This document shows, piece after piece, positions 8,360 to 18,282 of a stretch of DNA of 64,000 nt. The stretch's first letter is position 1. Each line of letters begins with the position of its first letter. This stretch comes from Candidatus Micrarchaeota archaeon. GTDB taxonomy: Archaea > Micrarchaeota > Micrarchaeia > Anstonellales > Bilamarchaeaceae. Both the position numbers and the translations under genes were made by a program. The stretch is from contig CAYSXZ010000047.1 in the NCBI GenBank assembly GCA_964435235.1, forward strand, positions 4,594 through 68,593. The letters run 5' to 3'. The notes beneath the pieces are model-generated. The model saw only the letters and a program-made list of their open reading frames with translations, was not told where the DNA came from and did not search any database.

Positions 8360-9175
8360 TCAGACAGTTACGGTTTCTCCTGGAACACGCCTAAATAGTT
8401 GCACATCCCCAACATGGTCAGCACCGGTGAGATAGCGAACTAGACGCTCGACGCCAAATCCTCCACCTGCAGATGGTACCAAGCCCTCTTTGGCAAGCTC
8501 TAAATACGACTCAAATCTCTTCATGTCTAAACCATGTCTAGTTATTTTTTGTATTATTATATCATACTCATGCTCGCGTTCCGCGCCAGAGAGAGCTTCA
8601 CCGAAACCCTCTGGATATACGAGATCATAGTTCAGATAATGGCCAGGCTCTTTCGGGTCCTCCTTATCATAAAACTCTCTTTTATGACAGAGCGCCCAAA
8701 ATGGTTGCTTTGCTGCTTGTGAAGCATGGATTTCCCAATCTTCCCCATATCTTTCTGCGAGTTCGTGAGTAGTATATCTAGGAAAGGGTTTAACTATCTC
8801 TGGCAACCCCCTTCCAAGAAATTTAAGCTGCTCTGCGCATTCCATCTTTACGTGTTCTACCATGCTTATCAGAAAGTCTTCCATCAGTTCGAATACAGTT
8901 TCCCTTGTTCCATATGCAATCTCAAAATCAACCTGTGAAAACTCAAAAAGATGCCTTCCGGTTTCTTTTCGTTTTGGGTGTTCAAGCCTAATGTTTGGAG
9001 AGATGATAAATATTTTTTCAAGTCTTTCTTTTATCGCAAGCTGTTTGTGAAGAATCATGGATTGGGTTAATGTAAGTCTTTGACCGAGATATTCAATTTC
9101 CCCACTCTTGATGACTGAACTTCCAGGATCAGGACCAAGCGGGTCAGTTACTGGAGAGAGTATTACTGGCATCAT
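8360..9175 (-). CDS. asnA: aspartate-ammonia ligase AsnA-like / class II aaRS catalytic-core paralog
   Basis: 271 aa with class II aaRS motif 3-like GGGFGVERLVRYLTG and no anticodon-binding domain; divergently paired with an AsnC/Lrp regulator as in the classical asnC-asnA arrangement. Confidence 0.55.
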   Translation of the reverse strand: MMPVILSPVTDPLGPDPGSSVIKSGEIEYLGQRLTLTQSMILHKQLAIKERLEKIFIISPNIRLEHPKRKETGRHLFEFSQVDFEIAYGTRETVFELMEDFLISMVEHVKMECAEQLKFLGRGLPEIVKPFPRYTTHELAERYGEDWEIHASQAAKQPFWALCHKREFYDKEDPKEPGHYLNYDLVYPEGFGEALSGAEREHEYDIIIQKITRHGLDMKRFESYLELAKEGLVPSAGGGFGVERLVRYLTGADHVGDVQLFRRVPGETVTV

Positions 9176-9379
9176 TTGGGTAAATTTCTTTCTGTGAAAA
9201 AAAATTCGTAGTATGCTTCAATACCTCAGAAGTTATTTCTGCATATGCGATTTTTCTGCTTTTCATATAAAATCACCAAAAGGATAAGGTTGGACACTAA
9301 TTTATATTTTTTCTCTTATTTTCTGGATAAAATCCAAAAAACATACCACTTTTAAGCGTTTTCTTGGAAATATTCCAAT

Positions 9380-9814
9380 ATGGACCAAAAGGATATGGAG
9401 ATACTTGGAGAATTGATTACTGATGGAAAAGCAAAGATAAAGAAGATCGCAAAGAAACTAGGTTTGCCTATGAGCACCGTCCACCACCGCATTCTTAGAA
9501 TGGAAAAGGAAGGTCTGATAAAGAAGTACACAGCAATTCCTAATTACAAAAAAATTGGCTTACCGATTCTCGCATACGTCTTCGCAAATGTTGATTATTC
9601 GAAAGCAACCTCTCAAGAGGAAGTAGCGTGTGAAATAAAAAAGCTCCCGAATATTATGGAGGTTAACATCGTCGCTGGTGAGATAGATATAGTTGCAAAA
9701 ATAAGAGTGAAGGACATCGATGAGCTGAGTGATGTAGTAATCAAAAAGATGAGGAACATAAAAGGGATGGCTAAGACGGTAACAGCCGTGGTAATGAAAG
9801 AGATAGAAGCTTGA
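9380..9814 (+). CDS. Lrp/AsnC family transcriptional regulator
   Basis: 144 aa; N-terminal HTH (DMEILGELITDGKAKIKKIAKKLGLPMSTVHHRILRMEKEG) plus C-terminal RAM domain. Confidence 0.8.
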   Translation: MDQKDMEILGELITDGKAKIKKIAKKLGLPMSTVHHRILRMEKEGLIKKYTAIPNYKKIGLPILAYVFANVDYSKATSQEEVACEIKKLPNIMEVNIVAGEIDIVAKIRVKDIDELSDVVIKKMRNIKGMAKTVTAVVMKEIEA

Positions 9815-9876
9815 TATTTTAATAAATCTTTAAAATTTTCAATAAATTTTTAAATATTTCGAATTAATATTAAAAC
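9815..9876 (+). promoter_or_regulatory. AT-rich promoter/operator region of the heat-shock operon, with tandem aataaatNtttaaa motifs
   Basis: tattttaataaatctttaaaattttcaataaatttttaaatatttcgaattaatattaaaac immediately upstream of the wHTH gene; TATA-like elements and a direct-repeat motif. Confidence 0.3.
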
Positions 9877-10371
9877 ATGGCAAGCGAAAAGGCAGAGAAA
9901 ATACCAGTAAAGGTGAGGCAAAGAAGCCGGAGCGGGGCAACAGAGGGAGAGTGGGAGGAAGAAAGAAAGATTCAGCCGAGAGAAATCGAGATACGCGAAG
10001 TAGAGGAACCAAAGATTCCGAGCCCTGAAGCGACGATAGATTGGATTTTTAGATGCCTTGGCGGAAGCGAGGAGGACAGGCTTGCACGAGAGATTTTCAA
10101 AGAACTTGTATACGCGGGAAGAAAAGGGGTTCGCTCTAAGGACCTCCAGAAGAAGACAAGGGTGACCCAGGGAGCGATTGTCTATCATCTTAATACATTT
10201 ATGCGTTGCGGATTAGTAAACAAACAGGGAAGATATTATTACTTAAGAAGGCAGAGTCTCGATAGAACGCTGGAAGAGTTGGAAGACGAGATATTAAGAA
10301 GGTTCGAGAGAATGAGAAGGCTTGCCAGGATGATAGAAGAGGAAATGGAAAGAGAGATGGAAAGATTCTGA
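9877..10371 (+). CDS. winged-helix transcriptional regulator, first gene of hsp20-grpE-dnaK-dnaJ operon (candidate heat-shock regulator)
   Basis: 164 aa; charged N-terminus, wHTH segment AREIFKELVYAGRKGVRSKDLQKKTRVTQGAIVYHLNTFMRCGLVNKQGRYYYL, C-terminal coiled coil; stop is 20 nt before hsp20. Confidence 0.55.
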   Translation: MASEKAEKIPVKVRQRSRSGATEGEWEEERKIQPREIEIREVEEPKIPSPEATIDWIFRCLGGSEEDRLAREIFKELVYAGRKGVRSKDLQKKTRVTQGAIVYHLNTFMRCGLVNKQGRYYYLRRQSLDRTLEELEDEILRRFERMRRLARMIEEEMEREMERF

Positions 10372-10390
10372 TATTTAGGAGGTGGTATGT

Positions 10391-10834
10391 ATGGCAAAGG
10401 AAATTAGAATATATGACCCATTTGAGGAAATGAGGAGATTGCGAAGGGAGATGGACGAGATGTTCGAGTCCATGTTCCTCCGACCTAAGAGAGAGGATTG
10501 GATTGTTAGATCACCGTTAAGCGACCTTGTTGACAAGGGAGATTCTTTTGAGCTTACAGTAGAGCTTCCCGGAATGAATAAGGAGGACATCCACATAGAA
10601 GCTGATAAGAATTCTATTTCCGTAAGCGCGGAGAGGAAAAAGGCGGAAGAGGAGAAAAAGAAGAACTACTATTATTGCGAGAGGAGCTACACAGGGTATA
10701 GAAGAGCATTCGGGCTTCCAGAGGAGATAGACCCAGAAACAGTGGACGCAGAATTCAAAAACGGTGTCTTAACAGTTGTTATGAAGAAGGTAAAGCCGAA
10801 GGGGGCAAAGAAGGAGGTAAAGATTAAAGGGTGA
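10391..10834 (+). CDS. hsp20: small heat shock protein, Hsp20/alpha-crystallin family
   Basis: Alpha-crystallin domain with GVLTVVMKK and AFGLPEEID motifs; GGAGG about 10 nt upstream of ATG 10391 (the ORF track starts at 10382). Confidence 0.85.
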   Translation: MAKEIRIYDPFEEMRRLRREMDEMFESMFLRPKREDWIVRSPLSDLVDKGDSFELTVELPGMNKEDIHIEADKNSISVSAERKKAEEEKKKNYYYCERSYTGYRRAFGLPEEIDPETVDAEFKNGVLTVVMKKVKPKGAKKEVKIKG

Positions 10835-10841
10835 ACAGGAG

Positions 10842-11399
10842 ATGGAAAAGAAAGAGACGGAGAAGAGCGAGGAGCCTGTGGAAGCAAATAAGGAGGAGAA
10901 GGAAAAGAAAGAGTCTGAGGAAGAGTTGAAACTAAAAGAGCTAGAGGACAAATTTCTCCGTCTCTATGCAGAATTCGAAAATTTTAGAAAAAGAACAGCC
11001 AAGGAGCAGGAAGGGATCGCAGAAAGAGCAAAGGCTTCCTTACTGCTTAAACTCCTTCCTGTTCTTGATGAGCTTGAGCTTGCAACCGTCCATACGAAGG
11101 ATAAGGGTGAAAAAAGCAATGAAAAGGTTGGCATTGAAATGATATACAAAAATATGATGAAGATACTCACACAAGAAGGACTTTCCGAGATGGATACTTT
11201 GGGAAAGCAGTTTGATCCCTACTACCATGAAGCAGTCCGCGAAGCGGATGGCGAGGAAGGGAAGGTAGTAGAAGTAATTCAGAAAGGTTACATGTTCAAA
11301 GGGGTAGTTCTTCGACATGCAAAGGTTGTAGTAGGAAAGAAGAAAGAAGAAAAAAGAAAAGAGGAGAAGGAAAACAAGGATGATAAAGTAGGTGGTTAA
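10842..11399 (+). CDS. grpE: nucleotide exchange factor GrpE
   Basis: [17 protein letters not shown] signature; KE-rich N-terminal extension. Confidence 0.85.
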   Translation: MEKKETEKSEEPVEANKEEKEKKESEEELKLKELEDKFLRLYAEFENFRKRTAKEQEGIAERAKASLLLKLLPVLDELELATVHTKDKGEKSNEKVGIEMIYKNMMKILTQEGLSEMDTLGKQFDPYYHEAVREADGEEGKVVEVIQKGYMFKGVVLRHAKVVVGKKKEEKRKEEKENKDDKVGG

Positions 11400-11400
11400 T

Positions 11401-13272
11401 ATGGGTAAGATAATCGGAATAGATTTAGGAACATCAAATTCAGCAGCAGCATTTTTGGAAGGAGGAAGACCAAGGATAATACCGAGCGCTGAAGGCGCAT
11501 CACAGTACGGAAAATCTTTCCCAAGCTATGTTGCCTTTACAAAGGACGGACAGAGACTTGTAGGAGAGCCGGCAAGGAGACAGATGGTTGCAAATCCAGA
11601 AGGAACTGTGACCGCTTTCAAGAGAAAGATGGGAACGACGTACAAATATAATATATTTGGAAAGGAGTACACCCCGCAAGAACTTTCTGCCATTCTTCTT
11701 CAAAAAATAAAAAGAGATGCAGAGGAATTCATAGGGGAAAAAATCGAGAAGGCAGTGATAACAGTCCCAGCGTATTTTAACGATAATCAGAGGCAGGCGA
11801 CAAAGGATGCTGGAAGGATTGCTGGATTGGAAGTTGTTCGACTTGTAAACGAACCAACAGCAGCATGTCTTGCTTACGGATTAGATAAAGCACAGAAAGA
11901 GATGAAAATTCTTGTTTTCGACCTTGGAGGAGGAACGCTGGATGTAACCATCATGGAGTTTGGCGGTGGGGTATTTGAGGTTAAAGCAACTGCAGGAGAC
12001 ACCCAACTTGGAGGAACAGACATGGACAAAATCATAGCGGAGTTTCTCACAGATGAATTCAGAAAGCAAACCGGTGCTGATGTTTCAAAAGATAAGCAGG
12101 CGCAGAATAGAATCTTAGAAGCTGCTGAGAAGGCTAAGATAGAACTTTCAACAACGCTTGAAACAGAAATTAATCTTCCATTCCTTACATCTGTAAAGGG
12201 AGAGCCAAAGCATTTCACATATAAACTTACTCGAGCGAAGCTTGAGGACCTCATAAGACCGATTATAGAGAGGTGTAGGAACCCGGTCGAGAGAGCATTG
12301 CGAGATGCAAAACTATCCCCAGGGGATATAGATAAAATAATACTAGTTGGCGGGCCAACAAGAATGCCCATAGTGCAGAAATTTGTTGAGGATACCATAG
12401 GGAAAAAAGTCGAGAGAGGGGTCGACCCAATGGAATGTGTTGCTATGGGCGCAGCGATTCAGGGCGGCGTTCTATCTGGTGAGGTAAAGGATATTGTCCT
12501 TCTTGACGTTACGCCGTTATCTCTCGGAATAGAGACGTTGGGCGGAATCGCAACAAAATTGATCGAGAGGAACACAACCATTCCGACGAGAAGGACGCAG
12601 ATATTCACGACTGCAGCAGATATGCAGACAAGCGTTGAGATACATGTTGTTCAGGGTGAGAGACCGATGGCAAAGGACAATGTCTCACTTGGAAGATTTG
12701 TACTTAGTGGAATCCCTCCTGCGCCTCGTGGTGTCCCTCAGATCGAAGTGACCTATGACATAGATGCAAACGGAATACTCACTGTTACAGCTGTTGATAA
12801 GGCAACTGGAAAGAAACAGGACATGAGGATTGTAGCGCCACAAAAGATGAGCGAGGAGGAAATAAAGGCAAAGATGAAGGAAGCGGAACAGTATGCGGAA
12901 GAAGACAGAAAGGCATTAGAGCTTGCTCAGGCAAAGAATGACGCTGAGTCGATGATATACACTGCAAACAAAACGATCGATGAATTTAAAGATAAACTAA
13001 CAGAAGGCCAGAAGAAGGAGATAGAAGAAGCGTCAGCTAAGGTAAGGAGCGCTATCGCGAGCAATGATATTGCAAATATAAGAAACGAGATGGAGGCTCT
13101 CAAAAAATTACTCGAAAAGGTTGGTGCATCCTTCTACAGTGGTGGTCCAGGTATGGGTGGAACAGGACCGACCGGAACTGGTGGGGAGGAAACCACTTCG
13201 CCAGGAGGCGGAACAGGAGGATCAACGCCTGGTTCTGAAGCTGGATGGGAGGACACTGGGTCAAAAGGATGA
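11401..13272 (+). CDS. dnaK: molecular chaperone DnaK (Hsp70)
   Basis: [27 protein letters not shown] and other Hsp70 signatures; Gly-rich C-terminal tail; ATG at 11401 preferred over the track start 11392. Confidence 0.95.
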   Translation: MGKIIGIDLGTSNSAAAFLEGGRPRIIPSAEGASQYGKSFPSYVAFTKDGQRLVGEPARRQMVANPEGTVTAFKRKMGTTYKYNIFGKEYTPQELSAILLQKIKRDAEEFIGEKIEKAVITVPAYFNDNQRQATKDAGRIAGLEVVRLVNEPTAACLAYGLDKAQKEMKILVFDLGGGTLDVTIMEFGGGVFEVKATAGDTQLGGTDMDKIIAEFLTDEFRKQTGADVSKDKQAQNRILEAAEKAKIELSTTLETEINLPFLTSVKGEPKHFTYKLTRAKLEDLIRPIIERCRNPVERALRDAKLSPGDIDKIILVGGPTRMPIVQKFVEDTIGKKVERGVDPMECVAMGAAIQGGVLSGEVKDIVLLDVTPLSLGIETLGGIATKLIERNTTIPTRRTQIFTTAADMQTSVEIHVVQGERPMAKDNVSLGRFVLSGIPPAPRGVPQIEVTYDIDANGILTVTAVDKATGKKQDMRIVAPQKMSEEEIKAKMKEAEQYAEEDRKALELAQAKNDAESMIYTANKTIDEFKDKLTEGQKKEIEEASAKVRSAIASNDIANIRNEMEALKKLLEKVGASFYSGGPGMGGTGPTGTGGEETTSPGGGTGGSTPGSEAGWEDTGSKG

Positions 13273-13284
13273 AGGTGAGACTGA

Positions 13285-14406
13285 GTGGCAACAAAGAAGG
13301 ATTATTACGAAGTTCTTGGAGTTCCAAGGAACGCAACAAAGGACGATATCAAAAGAGCGTACAGAAGGCTCGCTATGCAATACCATCCAGACAGGAACAA
13401 ATCTCCTGATGCAGAAGAAAAGTTCAAGGAGATAAGCGAGGCATACGCTGTTCTAAGCGATGACCAAAAGCGCGCCGAGTATGACATGTATGGTCATGCC
13501 GGCTTTGATAGAATGTATTCCACAGAGGATATATTCAGAAGTGCAAACTTCAGAGATTTTGAGGACCTTTTCAGGAGTATGGGCTTTGGGGAGGACCCAT
13601 TCGACCTATTCGGTTCGATGTTTGGATTTGGAAGGGAAGGAAGGGTAAGAAGCTATGACATAGGTGCGGACCTTCAGATGGAAGTTGAAATAACTCTTGA
13701 GGAGGCTGCAAGGGGAACAAAGAGGACGTTATCTTATATGAGGAACGCACCTTGCTCGAAGTGCAAGGGAAGCGGTGCAGAACCAGGAACAGGATTAAGG
13801 ACATGCAGCAAGTGCGGAGGGAGAGGGCAGATAAGGAGCACAAAAAGAATGGGCTTCATGACATTTACCTCTGTTTCAACATGTCCTCAGTGCAAAGGAA
13901 CCGGGCAATCTTACGAGAAACCGTGTAGCGAGTGTAGAGGAACTGGAAGAAAAAGGATAACCCAGGATTTAAGCATCGATATCCCACCAGGTGTTCGTGA
14001 TGGAATGCGCCTTCGCCTTCCTGGATATGGTGAATATGGTAAGGATAGGACAGGAACTCTCTATGTTTATGTTAGGATTGCAAGGCATAAAATATTTGAG
14101 AGAAAAGGGGACAATCTTTTTGTTACGGTGCCAATAAGTTTCACTCAAGCTGCGCTAGGAGCAGAGATAGAGGTACCCACTTTGTTCGGAAAGACGCACC
14201 TAAGAATTCCAGAAGGAACGCAATCGCATTCAGAGTTCGTAATTCGAAATGAAGGGATGCCTCACTTTAACAGCAGGGAACGTGGCGATCTTATTGTAAA
14301 AGTTGTCGTAGAGGTCCCAAAGAAGTTGACAAAGAAGCAAAGGGAACTCCTAAAACAATTCGAAGAAGAATCTGGGAAGAAGAGATGGTTTTTCGGGATT
14401 TTCTGA
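13285..14406 (+). CDS. dnaJ: chaperone DnaJ
   Basis: J-domain with HPD (YHPDRN), G/F-rich region, four CxxCxGxG zinc-finger repeats. Confidence 0.9.
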   Translation: MATKKDYYEVLGVPRNATKDDIKRAYRRLAMQYHPDRNKSPDAEEKFKEISEAYAVLSDDQKRAEYDMYGHAGFDRMYSTEDIFRSANFRDFEDLFRSMGFGEDPFDLFGSMFGFGREGRVRSYDIGADLQMEVEITLEEAARGTKRTLSYMRNAPCSKCKGSGAEPGTGLRTCSKCGGRGQIRSTKRMGFMTFTSVSTCPQCKGTGQSYEKPCSECRGTGRKRITQDLSIDIPPGVRDGMRLRLPGYGEYGKDRTGTLYVYVRIARHKIFERKGDNLFVTVPISFTQAALGAEIEVPTLFGKTHLRIPEGTQSHSEFVIRNEGMPHFNSRERGDLIVKVVVEVPKKLTKKQRELLKQFEEESGKKRWFFGIF

Positions 14407-14408
14407 GA

Positions 14409-15105
14409 TCAGATAAAATCTGAGATATCGACAACCTTCAGCTTTGTCGGATAACGGACTTCTTTCTTATCCGGAACGAAAAGAAGCTTTTCATTCGCCT
14501 TAACATTTTCAAGGTTTTTCTCAGCCTTTTCGATATCCGTCTTGTCTATTTTCTTCCATTTTATCTCAACAGCCACCTTGGGTTTCTTGAATTTCAGCAG
14601 ATAAGCGTCCACGTCATAGTCGCTTGCTTCCACTATCGTTTCATCCAAGCCAAGCCGCTCTGCAAGAAACTCCCTTATGCCGTCTTCAACCAGGCGTGGT
14701 ATAAGCTCTCCAGTATTATGAAGGGCAGCTTTTACTTCTTCATCAGAGTAAGAGTCGTTCAATTGTTTTATAACTAACATCAAAACCAAATAGTGGCTGA
14801 AATGCTTCAAGTGCCTCCTCAGTACCTCTATTGGATTTGTTGATCCATCTAGTAAAAAGAAAAAGCATGACCTTCCTTTCAAGATCTATTTTTGGAGGTC
14901 TACCTCGCTCCCGGTCTTCTCTTTGAATCATTTCGACTGCTTTCTTTACATAAACAGAGAGATTTCTTAGGCGTTCTTTTACTTTCTCCCTTTTCTTTTC
15001 CCATTCTGAGTAAGGATACTCCTTTTCTCTCCCCTTAAAGTATCTCTCACGAACTTCATCCAAAACTTCAAGGAGCTCTTTTGCTCTTTTTTTCGTGATC
15101 ATCAT
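14409..15105 (-). pseudogene. disrupted gene: IS4/IS5-like transposase N-terminal fragment (120 aa) frameshifted into a DUF234/PD-(D/E)xK-like C-terminal ORF (157 aa)
   Basis: Two overlapping minus-strand ORFs in different frames (14743..15105 and 14409..14882). Upstream piece has GRPPKIDLERKVMLFLFTRWINKS, resembling the N-terminal region of IS4/IS5 transposases (compare GRPFKFPIAFILFLALLK in the adjacent IS). Downstream piece has D.D...KVAVEIKWKK, like the DUF234 domain at the end of 56266..57636. Confidence 0.35.
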
Positions 15106-15299
15106 GCGATTATATCGAACAGAAAGGTTTTTAAAGTATATACTTAATATATACTATTATGAGAAAGATGAATATCAAGGAAAGAACAGAAATAAAAGTG
15201 ACAGGAATACTTGGTTTTCTTGAAAAGCGAGTTACTCCTTTCGGTAATGGAGCAAAGGTGGATTGCCCCAAAGAGTTCATCGGACGGCGGGTTTATCTA

Positions 15300-16450
15300 A
15301 TTATCTGCAGAGACTAGAAATTATTTTTGTCCCAAAGCCCGGATTTACTGTAAGCATAAAGGCCAAGGAGGTTCTTTGACCAGTTCCTCCATTGGGGCCA
15401 GTGGCGTAAACCTCCTACGCCGATGATAAAATGATAGTATGGCAAATATATAATAAGCATTTGGTGGACAGGATTACTAGGCTCTGGGATTTTTCTTTCC
15501 TTGAAACATGGGATGAAGATCTCAGGAAGATGAATGCCTTGAAAGTTGGCAGACCATTCAAATTTCCAATTGCTTTTATTCTCTTCCTTGCTCTTCTGAA
15601 AGTTACCTATGGCATGCCATACAGGAGCCTCGAAGCCATGCTTATTGGACTTAGGCAATTGAGTAGGAAAATTCAGGTTCCGGATTTCACAACTATATTT
15701 CGAAGAGTAGAAAAACTTGTGATACAGATTCATGAAAAAAAGTCCCTTCAGAAGTCATTAACGCGATAAGGGAAGGACATGCAAAAGTTGCAATTGACAG
15801 TTCTGGCTTATCCGTAACCTGCAGGGGAGAATGGCTGAGATACAAGCACAAGGATGGAAAGATTGCATGCAGAAAGGGGTTTGTCAAAATTCATATCAGT
15901 GTTGATATTTTCAGAGGTACAATTCTAGGAGTTGAGATAACAGATGAAAAGGCTTCTGGTAGTTCTGCCTTGCCCTCCTTAACCTATCAGTCAAAGGAAG
16001 TTGCAGATATTGATGCAGAATTTATGGATGGTGCCTATGATACATATGAAAATTTTAGGGAACTTGATGCGATGGGTATAAAACCAGTGATAAAACCAAG
16101 AAAAACTGGCATCGTCATTAGCTCTAGCCATGGCTATGTTGCAGGCAGGAGAAGCCTGTATATTCACGAGATAAAAAAGCATGGATATGACTATTGGAAA
16201 AAGAAGCACAACTACGGCTGCAGATGGTTAGCAGAAGTTGGTTTCTCAAGCTTCAAGCGGAGGTTTGAGGAGAGTTTGATGAGCAAGAAATTTAAAAATA
16301 TGGTAAACGAGGCAAAATTGAAGGTTATGGCCTACAATATGATTACAAATTGGCCAAGGGGATGGTGAATTTTGCAGTTTTAGCAGTTGATTTAGCAACT
16401 AAGAGAAACAATTATGCAACAGAGTAACTGTTCTAGATCGAAAAAGGATT
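15300..16450 (+). mobile_element. IS4/IS5 (ISH-like)-family insertion sequence; boundaries approximate
   Basis: Contains a DDE transposase in two frames; terminal inverted repeats could not be defined confidently by eye. Confidence 0.5.
15431..16368 (+). CDS. IS4/IS5-family DDE transposase, requires -1 frameshift at A7G (15735-15742)
   Basis: Frame A 15431..15769 (GRPFKFPIAFILFLALLKVTYGMPYRSLEA); frame B is open from 15736 to 16368 and encodes AIDSSG...KIHISVD...DGAYDT DDE-type motifs. The two frames overlap at gaaaaaaag. Confidence 0.7.
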
Positions 16451-16478
16451 TTTAAATCTAATTGTAGATATATCCATC

Positions 16479-16889
16479 ATGAGATTGGAGATAAAAAATG
16501 GTGCTGCAAAATTCGAAACAATAATATCCGAAACACAAAAAAACATCGAGTCAGAAATTGACGTCGATGTTAGCAGGGGCAATGAAATGCTTGGCGTCGA
16601 AGAATCAACTGTGTTGTATAATCTGAAAGGTGCTATTTTCTTCGAGAAGAACGATAAAGATATAATTGCTGATGTAAGAACAAAATCAAAGCCAGCAGAT
16701 AATTTCGTGATTTATTTAGTTATCGTAGCGCTAATCGGGCTATTTACACTCGTTGGTTTCATTTTGTTTCCTATCATACTATGGCTGGTAGAAGAATCTG
16801 AGAGAAAAAAAGCCGAAAAAGAACTTGTAAAAGTTTTGTGGAGATCGGTAAAATACGCTGCTGAAAGGCAGAAATTAGAAGTAAGGTGA
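16479..16889 (+). CDS. hypothetical protein with one TM helix
   Basis: 136 aa; hydrophobic segment FVIYLVIVALIGLFTLVGFILFPIILWLV; no domain recognised. Confidence 0.35.
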   Translation: MRLEIKNGAAKFETIISETQKNIESEIDVDVSRGNEMLGVEESTVLYNLKGAIFFEKNDKDIIADVRTKSKPADNFVIYLVIVALIGLFTLVGFILFPIILWLVEESERKKAEKELVKVLWRSVKYAAERQKLEVR

Positions 16890-16893
16890 AAAA

Positions 16894-17370
16894 GTGGGTG
16901 GCATAAACTTAAAGGCTCTTCTTTTATCGTCTATTTTAACAATTCTTATGGAAGTAATCTCCCAACTTTTTTTGGTTTGGGTTCTTAGGGATCTCTTAAT
17001 TTTATTTTTGATCTGTTTGCCTTTTTTGCATTTCTTCTTTGCTTTTGTGTTATTACCAGCCATCACAGCCTTTTTGTATTATAAGTTCAACAACTCATCG
17101 ATAAGCGTTACAGAAGGTTCAATCGCTGGCGCTTGTTATTTTATTGGAGTAGTAGTAATTAGCATGATTTTACTTGTATTTATACCTGCGCTGTTGGGGC
17201 TTAATAAAAAAACACCCATCTTGTCTTCGTTGACCTACGACTTGCCCATAGCTCTCATTTGCGTTGGCGGGAAATTGATCCTTTCTGTTGCGTCTGGAGC
17301 TGTTGTTGGCGCTCTTTTTGGCAGAAAAAAAGAGGAAATGGCAAAAAAAGCTTGGGAGGATACGTGGTGA
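16894..17370 (+). CDS. hypothetical integral membrane protein
   Basis: 158 aa; about four hydrophobic helices. Confidence 0.4.
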   Translation: MGGINLKALLLSSILTILMEVISQLFLVWVLRDLLILFLICLPFLHFFFAFVLLPAITAFLYYKFNNSSISVTEGSIAGACYFIGVVVISMILLVFIPALLGLNKKTPILSSLTYDLPIALICVGGKLILSVASGAVVGALFGRKKEEMAKKAWEDTW

Positions 17371-17451
17371 TGCCTTCTCAAATCGAAGAACTTTTTCTGA
17401 TCCTGAAAAGTAGTTTAGGGTAATCAGCTTATAAAAAAGCCGGCCAGTTTT

Positions 17452-18249
17452 ATGATTAATACGAAAGCAAAAACAGCGATTATCAAGACCTTTGGATCTA
17501 TCTCAAATCCACCAAGTCTAATATCTGGTGAGAGTGTATTATCCCGAAATAAGTTCCTCTCGATAAAAAGAGAAGAACTTCGGATTTCTCAGGAATACAT
17601 GAAAAAGTTAAACCTGAGGAAAATCCGATGGATATTGAGAGAGATGAAGAAAGGTGAACTATCTGTTTATCAGATAGCAAAACTTCAGAACGTATCCCAA
17701 AGATGGGTGAGGCAGCTACCAAGAAAATATGCCAACATCCCGTTTTTAGGACAAAAAGAAACACTTATAAATCTCACAATTAATAGCTTAGATGTGATGA
17801 CTATGAATATTGGAAAGGCGTTTGGTTTGGCAAAACTACCTGTCCTGGCTATTATTGGACTTGGGTTATTGGCGTCATTGATAAGCGTGGTCCCAATAGT
17901 TCAATTTTTAATGTGCCTATTAGGGTTACCATTGCTCATCATCAGCATTATCCTGTACGCCTATATAGGTTATCTCATCGCAAAAGGAGGCCTTGAGATA
18001 GTCGACAGCGCAGCAATTGGTGCGCTTACCGCTCTTGTGTCCGGAGTTATAGGCATGATAATTTCGTTAGTTGCAAGTATGCTTGGTATGGGAGTCGACG
18101 TGGCAACCGGAGGCGATGTTGCAAGTAGCGCTCTTGGCGTTGGAATTGGGGTTATCGCTTCAATAATTGGAATCATAATAAAAATGATAATTGGTGCGGT
18201 AATCGCAGTGATCGGACATATTATCGGCGGCGCTGCTATGAAGAAGTAA
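17452..18249 (+). CDS. hypothetical membrane protein with Gly-rich TM helices; N-terminal HTH-like segment
   Basis: 265 aa; N-terminal LSVYQIAKLQNVSQRWVRQL resembles a transposase-type HTH; C-terminal half has Gly/Ala/Ile-rich TM helices; true start uncertain. Confidence 0.4.
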   Translation: MINTKAKTAIIKTFGSISNPPSLISGESVLSRNKFLSIKREELRISQEYMKKLNLRKIRWILREMKKGELSVYQIAKLQNVSQRWVRQLPRKYANIPFLGQKETLINLTINSLDVMTMNIGKAFGLAKLPVLAIIGLGLLASLISVVPIVQFLMCLLGLPLLIISIILYAYIGYLIAKGGLEIVDSAAIGALTALVSGVIGMIISLVASMLGMGVDVATGGDVASSALGVGIGVIASIIGIIIKMIIGAVIAVIGHIIGGAAMKK

Positions 18250-18262
18250 TTTTTTTTCTTTT
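18250..18262. terminator. oligo-T tract between convergent genes (archaeal-type terminator)
   Basis: taattttttttctttttcc immediately after the stop of 17452..18249 and opposite the end of 18283..19203. Confidence 0.3.
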
Positions 18263-18282
18263 TCCTATTTTTTAACTTATCT

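Noticed and set aside
14429-14449. Hairpin cgacaa-N9-ttgtcg after dnaJ as a terminator
   Set aside because: Lies inside the convergent 14409..14882 ORF and is not followed by a T-tract; weak evidence.
15106-15430. Possible structured RNA (ggaggtt ... aacctcc stems) upstream of the transposase
   Set aside because: No tRNA-like T-arm or other ncRNA signature; most simply the IS 5' terminal/UTR region.
15314-15733. 139-aa minus-strand ORF in the IS element
   Set aside because: Antisense to the transposase N-terminal coding frame, which has clear IS4/IS5 N-terminal motifs.
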